From an uncultured Burkholderiales bacterium (GTDB lineage: Bacteria; Bacteroidota; Bacteroidia; UBA8524): a stretch of 64,000 nucleotides of DNA. The DNA is taken from positions 11,507-75,506 of the forward strand of contig CAZUIT010000005.1 of assembly GCA_964620355.1 (NCBI GenBank), given 5' to 3'. Under the pieces are notes generated by a model. It ran no database searches, was not told where the DNA came from, and worked only from the letters and a program-made list of their open reading frames with translations. Below, piece after piece: positions 42,014-53,600 of the stretch. A program made the translations under genes and the position numbers. The first letter of the stretch is position 1. Each line of letters begins with the position of its first letter.

Positions 42014-43795
42014 TTAATTTTCAATAATTTTCCCGTTGCTGAGTTGCACATCAACATACTGGGAAGTATTCGCATTATAATATTTAAATATACCTGAGAA
42101 CTGGATGGAATATGGACTTTTACTTGAAACCGTTACATCAACATCCTGAGCATAATAAGTTCTGCCGTCGCCTAATTTAAAATCAATTATACCGTTCCCT
42201 TTACCTGTGGTTTCTCCAATCTCGAACTGACTTTTGCTTGACCAGTCGCTATCATTGTTGAACCTAACTCTAAAAGCATGATCTGTACTAAAATCTAAGG
42301 CATACATTCCACCAACAAACGAAGTAAGGCTATCTGACTCAGTTACTGCTTTTACTCCTTCGATGGAATAATTCTTCCCATCTAGACTGAATGAAAATTC
42401 AAAATCAGTGGTATTTCCATTATTCGGACATAAACCAAATACCGGAACTTCGATGAGTGCTTTGTCGATGGTAATGCTACGTGTTTGGGAAATTCCACCA
42501 TCCATGTATATCGCAGTGAGTTCAAGTGGCTTGCCCGGAATAGCCCAAGTATTAAACTCGTAACGGCCATTCACAATTCGGGATGCAATATAATTGGCTG
42601 CACTAACATACCCTGACTCCACAACGGAGCCGTTACAGCCCATTACAGTGCCGTAGATTTTTGTCAGATTGAATGCAGGAATTTCAATCTCTTTGCTCAT
42701 CGAAAGGTTATTGCCCAAATTCACTTTTTCGTGATAGATCGTTTTGCCCTGAAATAATATATACATATCCAGATCAGTATTCAGCGGCAACTGTGCCACA
42801 AAGCTTCCATCTTCATTTACATTTCCTCCCGAATGTCTACTGTCTTTACGCCGAAAATCCACATAAATGCCAGCTATCGACAAATCATTTGAACCGGTAA
42901 TCTTGCCATACAAGCGTCCTGGTGAATTCGGGATATCGTAGTTCCAGGTAGAAAAATGGCTCACCGTGCCCACATACGCGCCATTCTCTAGTTTTGCTTC
43001 TCCATCATGCATCCATATTCCTGCACTCTCATCGAAATGCCATAATGGGATGGTACTTGGCGCATCCGCTAACATAGTATTTGGAATCTGAGAAGTAATT
43101 TTTGCTGGATTTGTTTTCGCCAACTGAAGTTTTTTTCCTCCTGTACCTTCTAACTCTACAGTCAGCATGCCGTAAGTTTCAAGTACTTTTTCCCCATCGG
43201 CATCGCCGCCACGAAGCGCCCCAGGCATGATGGTTAGGATATTGGGATCATCTGGACTCAGGTGCCTTACATACGCATTTATGGTCCCAGTATATTCATT
43301 ACCGCTCGCATCCACAAAGCCATCACCTACATCTACTTTTAAGCCGCCATCATTCAGAATTGCTCCTTTATCCGCTTGAAAGACCTGAGCTGCTCCTTTG
43401 GCCAATAGTCGAATTTCAAAATGATTTACACCTTGTATCGGTATAATCGTTCTACTTCCTGGAAAAAACCCGGCTTTTTGTGCCTTAAAATAGGCAATCT
43501 CTTTGTAGGCAGAACCTTGCTTAATTTTAACCTGGCCCAAATCATTACTGGTATATACGCCCGAGCCCAGATTCACTTGAACTCCCGACAATGGGTTCCC
43601 TTGTTCATCTAGAATAATACCGAAGGCATCAATAGTGATAGATGTTCCCTTATTGATGGGGTAAGAAGTGACTTGTCCACCGCCGGTTCCGCCAGGAGAA
43701 CCATTCGGACTATTCCAAACATGGGGACTCTCTTTTTTACATTGAGTGATAAGCGCTGCAATCGCAATGAGCAGCATAAATGATACTTTTTTCAT
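42014..43795 (-). CDS. Lipoprotein of unknown function (paralog 2)
   Basis: Signal peptide + ITQC lipobox. Collinear similarity to 40070-41827 along its whole length. Confidence 0.6.
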   Translation of the reverse strand: MKKVSFMLLIAIAALITQCKKESPHVWNSPNGSPGGTGGGQVTSYPINKGTSITIDAFGIILDEQGNPLSGVQVNLGSGVYTSNDLGQVKIKQGSAYKEIAYFKAQKAGFFPGSRTIIPIQGVNHFEIRLLAKGAAQVFQADKGAILNDGGLKVDVGDGFVDASGNEYTGTINAYVRHLSPDDPNILTIMPGALRGGDADGEKVLETYGMLTVELEGTGGKKLQLAKTNPAKITSQIPNTMLADAPSTIPLWHFDESAGIWMHDGEAKLENGAYVGTVSHFSTWNYDIPNSPGRLYGKITGSNDLSIAGIYVDFRRKDSRHSGGNVNEDGSFVAQLPLNTDLDMYILFQGKTIYHEKVNLGNNLSMSKEIEIPAFNLTKIYGTVMGCNGSVVESGYVSAANYIASRIVNGRYEFNTWAIPGKPLELTAIYMDGGISQTRSITIDKALIEVPVFGLCPNNGNTTDFEFSFSLDGKNYSIEGVKAVTESDSLTSFVGGMYALDFSTDHAFRVRFNNDSDWSSKSQFEIGETTGKGNGIIDFKLGDGRTYYAQDVDVTVSSKSPYSIQFSGIFKYYNANTSQYVDVQLSNGKIIEN

Positions 43796-43953
43796 GAGGG
43801 ATATGATTAGGTTAAGAATAAATAATCGACGTCTTTGATTAGATGTAGATCTTATCCCTCTCTTGGTTGCCTAACCCAAGCATATTTCGGTAAGTCTTCG
43901 ACAAACGTACTATCTCATTCATAAAGAATGAACAAAATATTCACAAGCTGATG

Positions 43954-44547
43954 CTAGGGTGAATTTCCCTTCTCCGCAGAAATATTCGGTACTCCGCGCA
44001 GTTGCATCATGCGCTTGTACCTAAGCCACATCGGTTCTAATTCGTAGATGGGCTTGGCGAAGGATTCAATCTCGAAGGTATTTTTCATCACACGTTCATT
44101 CAAACTTCGGTACTGTTCTTTGAAGACTTCCCTTGAAATTTCATCTGCATCTGTTTGGGCTTTAAACACCGCCCAATCTTCCAATAATAAACGGGTGCTC
44201 GATTTAAAGAGCAGCTGTCTATCGAGATAATAATCGTAGGCAGTCAACATGCCTCTTAACTCATCTTCCATGCGCTGGCGGATATCCGGAAGGGTATCTT
44301 TTAGTGAAGGCAACCAAACGTTGCGGATTGTTTCCTTTCTATCAACCAATGTCTGTTCATCAATATTTAAGGCTTTCTCATTACCTTTCAGTTTGAAATA
44401 GAGTGTGTCGAGGTAGATTTTTTCCGCGGGAGTTGGCGCTTCTTTACAGGATTGCCAGAAACCCATCGCCGTTAAGAGCAGGAAAAAAAGCGCGAAGGTC
44501 TCGCCTAGATGCGTCTTTATTCTAAATTTGCCGAATCCCTGTGTCAT
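43954..44547 (-). CDS. Hypothetical protein, possible lipoprotein (start uncertain; the ORF runs to 44559)
   Basis: ORF only, with no recognised motif. Its 5' end overlaps the chrA start on the opposite strand. Confidence 0.4.
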   Translation of the reverse strand: MTQGFGKFRIKTHLGETFALFFLLLTAMGFWQSCKEAPTPAEKIYLDTLYFKLKGNEKALNIDEQTLVDRKETIRNVWLPSLKDTLPDIRQRMEDELRGMLTAYDYYLDRQLLFKSSTRLLLEDWAVFKAQTDADEISREVFKEQYRSLNERVMKNTFEIESFAKPIYELEPMWLRYKRMMQLRGVPNISAEKGNSP

Positions 44548-45743
44548 CTGTACCCTCATATTCCGTGTCGCAAATTAAGCGCTTCATTTACCTGAAGGAA
44601 ATTTTTTTCATTTCCATCACGGCATTTGGTGGACCTGGTGCACACCTCAATGCCATAATTCGGCAGTTGGTAGATAAAAGAAATTACCTCACGAAAGCGG
44701 AACTTTTAGAACTCCACTCCTTTTGTCTGATGCTTCCTGGACCTACCTCCACGCAGATGATAACAAGCTTAGGCTATCAATTGGGCGGACCACTTCTTGC
44801 CTTTAGTGCATTGCTAATTTGGGTTTTGCCAGCGACGATTTTTATGACGGCCTTTGTTCTAGCTTGGCACTTTACATCAGCTCAAAATATCCCCATGGAG
44901 TTTCTGAGTTATATTCATCCCATGGCAGTAGCCTTCATTGCTGCAGCGGCATTTAAAGTATTCTTGATGATTAAGAAAAAGACATTGTATGTCGCTCTTT
45001 ACGCAATGGGAACCTTGGGAGCTGTACTTTTTCGATCTCCTTGGATTTTTCCGGTATTATTAGGAATTGGTGCAATCGTCTCTCATAGAGCAAGTCAAGG
45101 TGAATTTCCTGCATACCGCGCGAAGATTCGACCTAACTGGAAAATATTCATTCTCTTCATCAGCATCTTGGTAGTTTCTGCCTTGGTTGGTAACATAACA
45201 CAGAGCAAACCCGTCTTACTTTTTGAAAACACGTACCAATATGGCTCCATCGTTTTTGGCGGCGGAAATGTATTGATACCGATGATGTACAAACAATATG
45301 TAACCTTTAAAAGCTATATGGGTGCTGAAGATTTTGTGCTGGGTGTTGGTTTGCTACAAGCGATTCCTGGCCCTGTGTTTAGCATTTCCACTTTTGCCAA
45401 CGGACAAGCCATGTCGGATTGGGGTATAATGGGTCAGTTGCTTGGTTGCCTCATCGGAACTGTCGGAATCTTTTTGCCGGGTATTTTGATGATATTTTTC
45501 CTCTTTCCAATATGGGATGAAATGAAAAAAATGCCTCTTGTACGAAAGGCAATTGACGGAATTACTGCCGTTTCAGCAGGCTTGGTTTTGGCTGCCGCAT
45601 TCCTGCTTTTTCAAGATGTGGAATCGAGCAGTGCTAATTTCATGGTCTTCTTTATTACCTTGCTACTGGTAATGCTGACCAAGATCCCTTCGCCAATAAT
45701 TGTAGCGGCTACTGTATTGTTTGGATTATTTTATCCTGCTTAG
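44541..45743 (+). CDS. chrA: Chromate transporter ChrA family (two-domain long form)
   Basis: ..ITAFGGPGAHLNAIIRQLVDKR.. and a repeated ..FGGG..IPMM.. half. Confidence 0.8.
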   Translation: MSSVPSYSVSQIKRFIYLKEIFFISITAFGGPGAHLNAIIRQLVDKRNYLTKAELLELHSFCLMLPGPTSTQMITSLGYQLGGPLLAFSALLIWVLPATIFMTAFVLAWHFTSAQNIPMEFLSYIHPMAVAFIAAAAFKVFLMIKKKTLYVALYAMGTLGAVLFRSPWIFPVLLGIGAIVSHRASQGEFPAYRAKIRPNWKIFILFISILVVSALVGNITQSKPVLLFENTYQYGSIVFGGGNVLIPMMYKQYVTFKSYMGAEDFVLGVGLLQAIPGPVFSISTFANGQAMSDWGIMGQLLGCLIGTVGIFLPGILMIFFLFPIWDEMKKMPLVRKAIDGITAVSAGLVLAAAFLLFQDVESSSANFMVFFITLLLVMLTKIPSPIIVAATVLFGLFYPA

Positions 45744-45770
45744 CATACTTTTTGAGATACCTATAAATCC

Positions 45771-46421
45771 ATGAAAAAAATCGTCTTAATACTCTCCGCT
45801 CTTTTGAGCCTCACCTTGGTGCCCAATCATGCATCCGCTCAAAGCGATAGCGCAGAACGCTTAGATGAACTCATTCAGTTTACTGGTATTATTGTTACTC
45901 CAGACAGTCTGCAAGCCGTATCAGATGTAAATATCCGAATCGCAGGAACCATGATGGGTACTGTCTCCAATGACCAAGGCTTTTTTGCCGTGGTGGTAAA
46001 AAGAACCGACACACTTAAATTCTCCTGCCTCGGCTACCGCTCTGTGAATTATGTGGTGCCCTACGAGCTAACTGGGCAAAAATACACGATGATTCAAACC
46101 ATGAGCCAAGACACCTTTTTTCTAGGAGAGGCCATTGTTAAGCCCTATATCAGCAAAGAACTTTTTGAACATTATTTCGTGAACCTTGAAGTTCCAGGAG
46201 AAGAAGGCCCATTAGATGGATTAGATCCTGAAACCATCCGCGAGCTGGCGTATGCCATGGAAATGGATGGAGCGGATAATTCGAAATATTATCTCCGTCA
46301 GGAAGCAGGCAAATATTACTATACAGGACAAATGGTCCCAATCAATTTGATGAATCCTTTCGCTTGGGCACAATTTATCAAGGCTTGGAAATCGGGCAAG
46401 TTGAAAATTCAGAATGATTAG
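45771..46421 (+). CDS. Secreted CarboxypepD_reg-like domain protein, hypothetical
   Basis: Signal peptide; ..GIIVTPDSLQAVSDVNIRIAGTMMGTVSNDQGFFAVVV... Confidence 0.5.
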   Translation: MKKIVLILSALLSLTLVPNHASAQSDSAERLDELIQFTGIIVTPDSLQAVSDVNIRIAGTMMGTVSNDQGFFAVVVKRTDTLKFSCLGYRSVNYVVPYELTGQKYTMIQTMSQDTFFLGEAIVKPYISKELFEHYFVNLEVPGEEGPLDGLDPETIRELAYAMEMDGADNSKYYLRQEAGKYYYTGQMVPINLMNPFAWAQFIKAWKSGKLKIQND

Positions 46422-46459
46422 TAGGCGGTGAGATTGCTTAATAATGAGAATTCTGGAAA

Positions 46460-46747
46460 TCAGTCGTCCTCCGGCACAATCACAAAAATATCCTCATTGT
46501 CTTTTTTCATGAGGTACTTTTCGCGAGCGAATTTTTCTAAACTCTCTTGATTGGTGAACAGCTCATCATATTCCTGCTGAGCTTTATGCATTTCCTTCTC
46601 GTAATACTCTTTTTCGTCTACCAAATCGTTCAGCTGAGAGCGCAACTTATATTGCTCCATCATATTATTCTGATCGAAGAATAACATCCATAACACAAAT
46701 ACCCCAAAGGTAATGATGAAGCGATGTTTAACGACTTGTTGCCACAT
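46460..46747 (-). CDS. FtsB/DivIC-like septum formation initiator (the ORF runs to 46780)
   Basis: Single N-terminal TM segment followed by a coiled-coil and an acidic tail. Confidence 0.55.
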   Translation of the reverse strand: MWQQVVKHRFIITFGVFVLWMLFFDQNNMMEQYKLRSQLNDLVDEKEYYEKEMHKAQQEYDELFTNQESLEKFAREKYLMKKDNEDIFVIVPEDD

Positions 46748-46872
46748 AGCGTTGGGTAAATTCCAATCATCAAGTTCCAAATACCAATGAATTTTCAGAT
46801 TTGGAAGCAGGAATCTACTTCACAAAGGTAATTCTTAACACAAGGGCTGCATAGTCTAGTGTGGTCGATTTA

Positions 46873-49800
46873 TCAACGAATCAGTGTGAGCGTTCCTGTA
46901 TAACGTACAGCTTCCGTATAATAGAATTGGTAATCAAAAATAACATAATAGACTCCAGCCGGCGCATGTTGTCCATTTTTCAGCATGCCGTTCCAATTAT
47001 TAACATCTACGCCTTCGCCATCCACTTCTGACTCAAAGACCAAGTCGCCCCAGCGGTTGTAGATACGAAGTTGATAAAGCGTCTCTCCCAAAATATCAAT
47101 ATCAAACGCGTCGTTTATACCCTCCGCATCTCCTGGGGTAAAAACATTTGGAATGAATAGGTTCGTCGGATATTCCAGATCTACCAGCTTACAAACCGTA
47201 TCGATGCACCCGAACTTATTGGCTGCCACCAAGCATATTTCAAACTGACCTTGGTCGGGATGGTATCGGTGCTTGGGCTCAAATTCACTAGATCTGTTTG
47301 CAACACCGGACTTTGGGTGACCAAAATCCCAACGGTAAAAAGTTGCCCCGCTGGAGAGATTGTCGAAATACTTTTCTAATGGCGTACTCCGCGGATCAAA
47401 ATCAAAATCAGCACGTAGACCCACTACCTGAATCTCCTTACTTGCACTATCAAAACAGGCTCTATCCTGAGGACCCGGAACATAGGTCGGAAAATAATCT
47501 ACCGTGTATTTACCAGTGTCATAGAAGGTATATGATGCAATCTTGCTCTGACTCCTTACAGTATCACTTCTATCCATTAGCCATGTATACTGGGTGTATT
47601 TCGAGTCGCTCTGGTCCTCCAGATTAAATGCCACATCTTGGCAAATGGTGTCAGGCATAATAAAGTTCACTGGAGGAATTGGTAGCACAATCACCTTTCT
47701 TGCAATCTGACCAGGCAAGGTGGTATCGGGGTATGTGAAAGCGCAGTATTGATTATTCTGTGTCGCTGGGTTATATACACTATCAGCACCGTATAGCTGT
47801 AAATAATAGGTTCCAGGCTGTGCATATTCAAAACGCACATTGCTATCGGTTAGCGTCGGAAAAGTAGTTTTTGCCGGGTCGCCGAAATACCAGATCCAAT
47901 TTTTCACACGTGATGAAACATTCTTAAGCTCTACTTCGAAGGGAGCACATCCGATAGAATCCGTAACAAATTCAAAGGCTGGCAATGGTCCAGCTACCTC
48001 CACAGTCTTGAAAACGGTATCCGCACAATCTCTGCTTGTATAGATGATGAGCCGTACATCGAATTTGCCAAAAGAAGAATAAAAATGGTAAGGATTCATC
48101 AAATAACTCGGCGTTGTTCCGTCGCCGAAATCCCAGTACCACGATAGAATTGCCTCATTGGAATGGGCATTTAAGTTTAATGATGAATCAAAAAACTGGA
48201 CTATCTCAGAACAAAGAATAACATCCTTGCTCTGTACACCTGCTCGATATCCCCCTATTTCTAAATTAGCTATTGCAGTATCATAGCATCCTGAACTATC
48301 GAGAGTAATCAACTCAATACGGTATTCTCCAGTATCCGTGAAGCATTTAATGGGATGACTTGCGGTATCCATCGTTCCATCGCCAAAGCTCCACCACATT
48401 TTTTCTTTCCCAGATAGCAGTCGATTTGGGTTTGTCCAATAGTAATTTGAATCTCCATAATATTGGGTCGAATCAAAAAAAGTAAGGCACTCATTTAGAC
48501 AAGGCTCTAATTCATAATCGAATTTTGCATCATGCCCAACGGAGAGGTCCTCCACCGATTCGCGTGAACATCCGCGATTATTGATGAGTGTAAGTTTGGC
48601 CGAATACTTTCCATTTTGTGTATACGTATGTTGAAAGTCTTTTTGTATGAGACTCCCCGAAACAATACTCACGGTATCCGTTGTACCATCACCCCAATCC
48701 CAAATGGCCATAACCAGTGTAGTATCACTGGTATCTGCCAAAGCAAATTCGGCATGAAATGGGGCGCAATCGTGCTTGCTATTGAGGGTAAAAAAGGGAT
48801 CGGGCTCTTCAATGATATGAATCCAATCGGAGTACCACAGGGTATCTCGACAAACTGGACCCATGGTAATTCCGGGACAATTATAGGGCTTAATAGGACC
48901 CGTTTCCAGAATCAATCCAACAGTTATAAACCCACTCGGGTTACTCAAATTATTGTATTTCCAAGTCTGCAATGAAGGGAACCATTGGGTTGAGCCAGCT
49001 GAATCTGGACGAACTTGATAATTATAGCAATTGCCTAAAACATTAAATGAAAATGTCCGATCGACGGCTTGTCCCGTACAGGCCTTGTCATTAGTATAAA
49101 AAAACTGAATGGTTTCTTTCTTAGGCGCGCCCACTTGTATGCCAAAAGTCTCTTCCCAATCACAGCCCGTAACTGTATCAATCAAAATAAGTTTGGCAGT
49201 AAAACAGGTATCGGTTAAATAGAGGTGTTTTGGGGATACGTCTTTGGAATATCGACAATTGACACCCACATTTTGTCCGGCAGCTGTATTGGTGGTGCAG
49301 CTCGGACACCATTTGTCACCAAAGTCCCAAAGCCGCTTAATCCCAACTGTACCGCGATAATCGCTATCGTCGCAGAAATAGGTGGTATCCCCTTTTACAC
49401 ATATAGAATTGTTACGTACATCTGCTTTGGCCACTGGACCCCTCACCAATACAGAATCCCATAAAAAGGTACTTATACATTTTCCACGATGGACCGTTAC
49501 GGAGATGTATTTCTTGCCCGGTTCAAAGGCACTTGTTGAAAAGGGGTTTCCTTGTCCCAATGGGTGACTGATTTGATCTAATGTGTCGCGGTAGTACCAG
49601 AAGTACTTATCTTTCATTGGGCCCTTGTCTTCGAAGGTCCAGGTAGCACCAACACAGTCGGTATACTTATCTTTAATCACATCAAACTTAATCGGACTGA
49701 GGTTGATTAAACCATTTTGTTGGAAGGTATCCGCACAGCCATTTGTTGAGCGAATAATTAATCGAGGAGAAAATGTTCCCGAATCACGGTATTCCATGCA

Positions 49801-50586
49801 GGCCCCTTTCCAGTTAGAAGAATCAATAATTCCATTACCGAAATCCCAATACCACTTGCTCATATTTGTGGAATCTGCCTGGGTAAGGTTTACCACACAT
49901 AGGGACGCTGTATCGCAGTTTCCATAAAGGTTATATCCATATAAGGCGCGTGCATCTCTCACAATGGTTATGTCGCGTTGAAACCTATTGATACAGCCTT
50001 TAATATCTGTTACTTCAACGATGATCGTATATTTACCATCTTTATTATAGCTGTGGCAAACCTGCTTATTTCCATTCGGGTTCACTGAAATATCCGCAAA
50101 TCCATCTCCAAACAAAACCACCCTTTTAACGATTCCTGACCCACTCGAACCAGGCATCGACAGATCGTCAATACAGATTTTATTCTTGCTCAAGCAAATA
50201 TTGCTCGAAGAGTTAATTGCAAAATTCGCGATGGGCAATGGGTGAGCCTGTATAACGGTAGTTGCGGTACAGGTTCCTCCCCCTGTCAAGGTAACGATGA
50301 CTTGAATATTCTTCATCCCACTGACCGTATACTTCACAAAAGGAGTTGGTTGGTTGGAGGTCTGTCCATCATCAAAATCCCAAGAATACGAAGCGATGCT
50401 GCCGGTGGTTTGAACTTGAAAGGAGATGAAATCATTCAAACAGACAACAGAATCAGTAAGAATCGTACAAGATTGTGACCTGGCCCATATGGTAAATGAA
50501 AAAAGAAATACAAGCAGGGCAATTCTTTTCAAGGCGTTCGGTTTATCTCTAAGACTGCAATTTGCAGATTTTAGTTGCCTTATCAA
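46873..50586 (-). CDS. Giant secreted PKD-repeat protein with a T9SS type-B (CHU_C / gliding-motility-associated) C-terminal domain
   Basis: Repeated ..WDFGDG.. PKD signatures and C-terminal ..NVFTPGDAEGINDAFDI..YQLRIYNRWGDLVFES... Confidence 0.75.
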   Translation of the reverse strand: MIRQLKSANCSLRDKPNALKRIALLVFLFSFTIWARSQSCTILTDSVVCLNDFISFQVQTTGSIASYSWDFDDGQTSNQPTPFVKYTVSGMKNIQVIVTLTGGGTCTATTVIQAHPLPIANFAINSSSNICLSKNKICIDDLSMPGSSGSGIVKRVVLFGDGFADISVNPNGNKQVCHSYNKDGKYTIIVEVTDIKGCINRFQRDITIVRDARALYGYNLYGNCDTASLCVVNLTQADSTNMSKWYWDFGNGIIDSSNWKGACMEYRDSGTFSPRLIIRSTNGCADTFQQNGLINLSPIKFDVIKDKYTDCVGATWTFEDKGPMKDKYFWYYRDTLDQISHPLGQGNPFSTSAFEPGKKYISVTVHRGKCISTFLWDSVLVRGPVAKADVRNNSICVKGDTTYFCDDSDYRGTVGIKRLWDFGDKWCPSCTTNTAAGQNVGVNCRYSKDVSPKHLYLTDTCFTAKLILIDTVTGCDWEETFGIQVGAPKKETIQFFYTNDKACTGQAVDRTFSFNVLGNCYNYQVRPDSAGSTQWFPSLQTWKYNNLSNPSGFITVGLILETGPIKPYNCPGITMGPVCRDTLWYSDWIHIIEEPDPFFTLNSKHDCAPFHAEFALADTSDTTLVMAIWDWGDGTTDTVSIVSGSLIQKDFQHTYTQNGKYSAKLTLINNRGCSRESVEDLSVGHDAKFDYELEPCLNECLTFFDSTQYYGDSNYYWTNPNRLLSGKEKMWWSFGDGTMDTASHPIKCFTDTGEYRIELITLDSSGCYDTAIANLEIGGYRAGVQSKDVILCSEIVQFFDSSLNLNAHSNEAILSWYWDFGDGTTPSYLMNPYHFYSSFGKFDVRLIIYTSRDCADTVFKTVEVAGPLPAFEFVTDSIGCAPFEVELKNVSSRVKNWIWYFGDPAKTTFPTLTDSNVRFEYAQPGTYYLQLYGADSVYNPATQNNQYCAFTYPDTTLPGQIARKVIVLPIPPVNFIMPDTICQDVAFNLEDQSDSKYTQYTWLMDRSDTVRSQSKIASYTFYDTGKYTVDYFPTYVPGPQDRACFDSASKEIQVVGLRADFDFDPRSTPLEKYFDNLSSGATFYRWDFGHPKSGVANRSSEFEPKHRYHPDQGQFEICLVAANKFGCIDTVCKLVDLEYPTNLFIPNVFTPGDAEGINDAFDIDILGETLYQLRIYNRWGDLVFESEVDGEGVDVNNWNGMLKNGQHAPAGVYYVIFDYQFYYTEAVRYTGTLTLIR

Positions 50587-50592
50587 AGAAAG

Positions 50593-50622
50593 AAAAAAAC
50601 CGCCCTTGCGAGCGGTTTCTTC
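50593..50622 (-). terminator. Rho-independent terminator between the SusC-like gene and the PKD gene
   Basis: Minus strand: aaaccgc-tcgcaagg-gcggttt + T-run. Confidence 0.65.
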
Positions 50623-50635
50623 ATCCGGTTATATA

Positions 50636-53600
50636 TCAGAACGTAAGTAGCAGGCTTAACCGGGTAGTTCTTGGAGCACTATAATAACCAGGATTGGCTA
50701 ATGCAGTATTGTATAAGTCAATGAAACTTTGCGCGTTAGTAGCTGATTCAGTAGCATTGCGACCGTTTGCTGAGCTTAAATAACCATCGGTACTTGCAGA
50801 ACCTGAGTAAGAATGAACGGCTTCTCTATTTTGGATATTTAAGAAATTCTCCATCCATAAAGTCAGGGTAAAATAGCCTTCGATTGGTTGCCCTTCTCTT
50901 TTACCCAAGGTTACTGGAAAATCACGGTGAATATTCAAGTTATTCCCCAATGACCATGGCAAGCGAGATCCAAATGGTGTTCCTCTTAATGGACTTCTTG
51001 AAGCAATTCCTGACTGCGCATCCGGAGTCGCAATACTTGTAGCGGTATAAGGACGTCCAGAAAAGGCATTCAAGGTTAGTCCAACACCTGTATGCTCAAG
51101 GATTTTCTTTCCACTCACTACTGGTCCTTCATATTCTTTTCCAGCTCCGAAGTTTTGGAAGAAGATCATTTTAATATTATGGCGGACATCATAGCTCAGC
51201 GGAAAGAGGTTTCTCAAATTAGGCTGACCTGCTGATATTAACCCAGCTTGCGAACTTGTACCTGAGCCTGTGCCCTCTGCAATTTGGAAAGAATAGCTTG
51301 CATTCAACGTAAAGTGACGGCGTTGCAATTGATATTCTGCACGTAAGCCTTTGATTGTCGACAAATCTATATTTCCATAAGAAATGTATGAAACTGGATA
51401 GGCCTGGTAATAGCGCACCAACTGAATCATATTTCTTTGTTCTCTGTAAGATGCAGTTAAGCTCAGTGAAGAAGAACGAGTAAGCAATTGACGGAAGCCA
51501 ATTTCATAATCTGTGGTGATTTGTGGTTTTAAATCCGGATTATTCACCACCTTGGTTGGATTAAAACGCATGAAATAGTAATCATCCAGTGGAGTAAACA
51601 CATTGCTTGGCCTCTGGGCTAACACATCATAATAGGCAAAGAACCGTGCATCATCGCTAATCGGAAACTCTACTGAAAAACGTGGAAGCACTAAAACTTT
51701 GGCTTCATAATCCTTAAAAGATTGGCGTGTCAATTTCTCCTCACTGGCATCAACCAAAAAAGGCTGAATCGTTCCACTGGTGGTTTTTTGAGCCAATTGT
51801 CCGGGGTCTGTGATACGCAATCCATCTTCATTATACCATTCATTTCCCTTGCGGTAACCCACCACTTTTGTTGGATTTTTTACATCATTCACGTAGACCA
51901 AATAATCATTTCCAACAGTGCTCGGGTGCTTTACAGCATTTCCATTTAAAGATGAAACTTCAGAAACCTGGCGCACAGGATAAAGCGAATAGGGGTCTTT
52001 TAATACTGGAGTATTCGCATCAAAACGCTCGATACGGACGCCAAGACGGAAAATCATGTCTTTGAGTTCAATTCTGTCTTGCAAATACATAGCGGCATAA
52101 ATCGGACGAAATGCGCCAAGGCTTCTATTTTCAGGGTCGTCTAGAAACTCTGACACACCGAAATTCTTGCGTGTTTTATTTCCTAAATAGTCATAGCCGA
52201 AATAACTCACGTATTGATTATTTCCACCGCTACCGAGTAATTCTTCGGCGGTAAAAAGGTCGAGTGACAAATCATCGGGGTTCAGACCATGTACATTCAC
52301 ATAAGATTCTGGCGTAACCAATCTTCCATATTCATCGCGAACCCCCTTGTCAATCAGTGTTTGACGGAGTCTTTTAGAGAATTCTGACTGCTTATCATTG
52401 AATACTTGAGGATACGATATCGAATCCATGAATTGGCCCATCGCATTATAATGGAGGTATGGATCAGACTTGTCCAATTGCAGTCCTTCATTGGCACTTT
52501 GGTACATCAATTCCCATAGATTCATGGCATTTACCGTATAGGCACGGGAAACTCTTTGTTCAAAATACAATCCCACTTTAGCGGTATGGATGCCTTTGGT
52601 CAATTCCCCTTGTAGGTTGAGACTAAACTGTTCGGTTTGTGAGCGTCCAACACCTGAATTGATTGATGAGCCGATTAACATTGTTCCCACATTGCTCCAC
52701 ATATTTGAATAGATTCCAATTGGATTTCTTCCATTCAATACGGCGCCGCCATCGGTGCTAATCTGATTAAAATTGCTCACTTTCGGCGCTAAGTCGAAAT
52801 AGGCGCTTGAATAATTTGCCAAAAGCGGATTGGAAGTTGTGCTGCGGTCAAACGTTATCAGCGTATCGGTATAGCCTTGAAGTTCATAATAATTCTTGAT
52901 CCATACTGTGTCGCCATCAACAATAACAGGCTTGCTTCCTCCCGAAGCTCCTTCATTGCCTTGGAACTGATAAACCGGCGCACGGTAGGCGGTATACTTG
53001 CCTACATACCCATAGCGGAAATAATCATCTCCCAAGTTTGGATCTTCTGTTCTACTCCATACCCCTTGGTATTGAAGGCTCACGCTATATTTCAAACGTT
53101 TTAATTGCTTCCGTTTGATGTCTTCTTCCTTCATGGTGGCTAAGAGATTATGCTCCATGTTGATATAACTGATAGCACTCCAGCTTGTCCGAACAGGATT
53201 CGCACCACTGTTCAACAACTGGTTGCCGAAGGGAGCAATGCGCGACTGATTTCTATCGACAATGGCAGCAGCCTCAATACTCAGGTTGGTGAGGGGGCGA
53301 AATTCTATTTTTCCAAGCCACATGAAGTCTGTCGCATCGGCATTATCCTTGGCTTGTACTTTTTCTAAATCATCCTGTACAAGGAACTCGGCACTTGGCA
53401 CAAAGCCAGAACCTGATACGGATTGACGAATGGGGTTTTGTTCGATCTCTTTGAGCTTGTCGGACTTAACACGCCATACACCAATTCCGGAAGGATTAGG
53501 GTCATTTTGATAGAACAGGTTGAAATTCATGTGGTAGCCCAGAACCATTCTATCATACTCTTTGTCTTTGACCCGTTTCATGACGAGAGGTCCACCGAAG

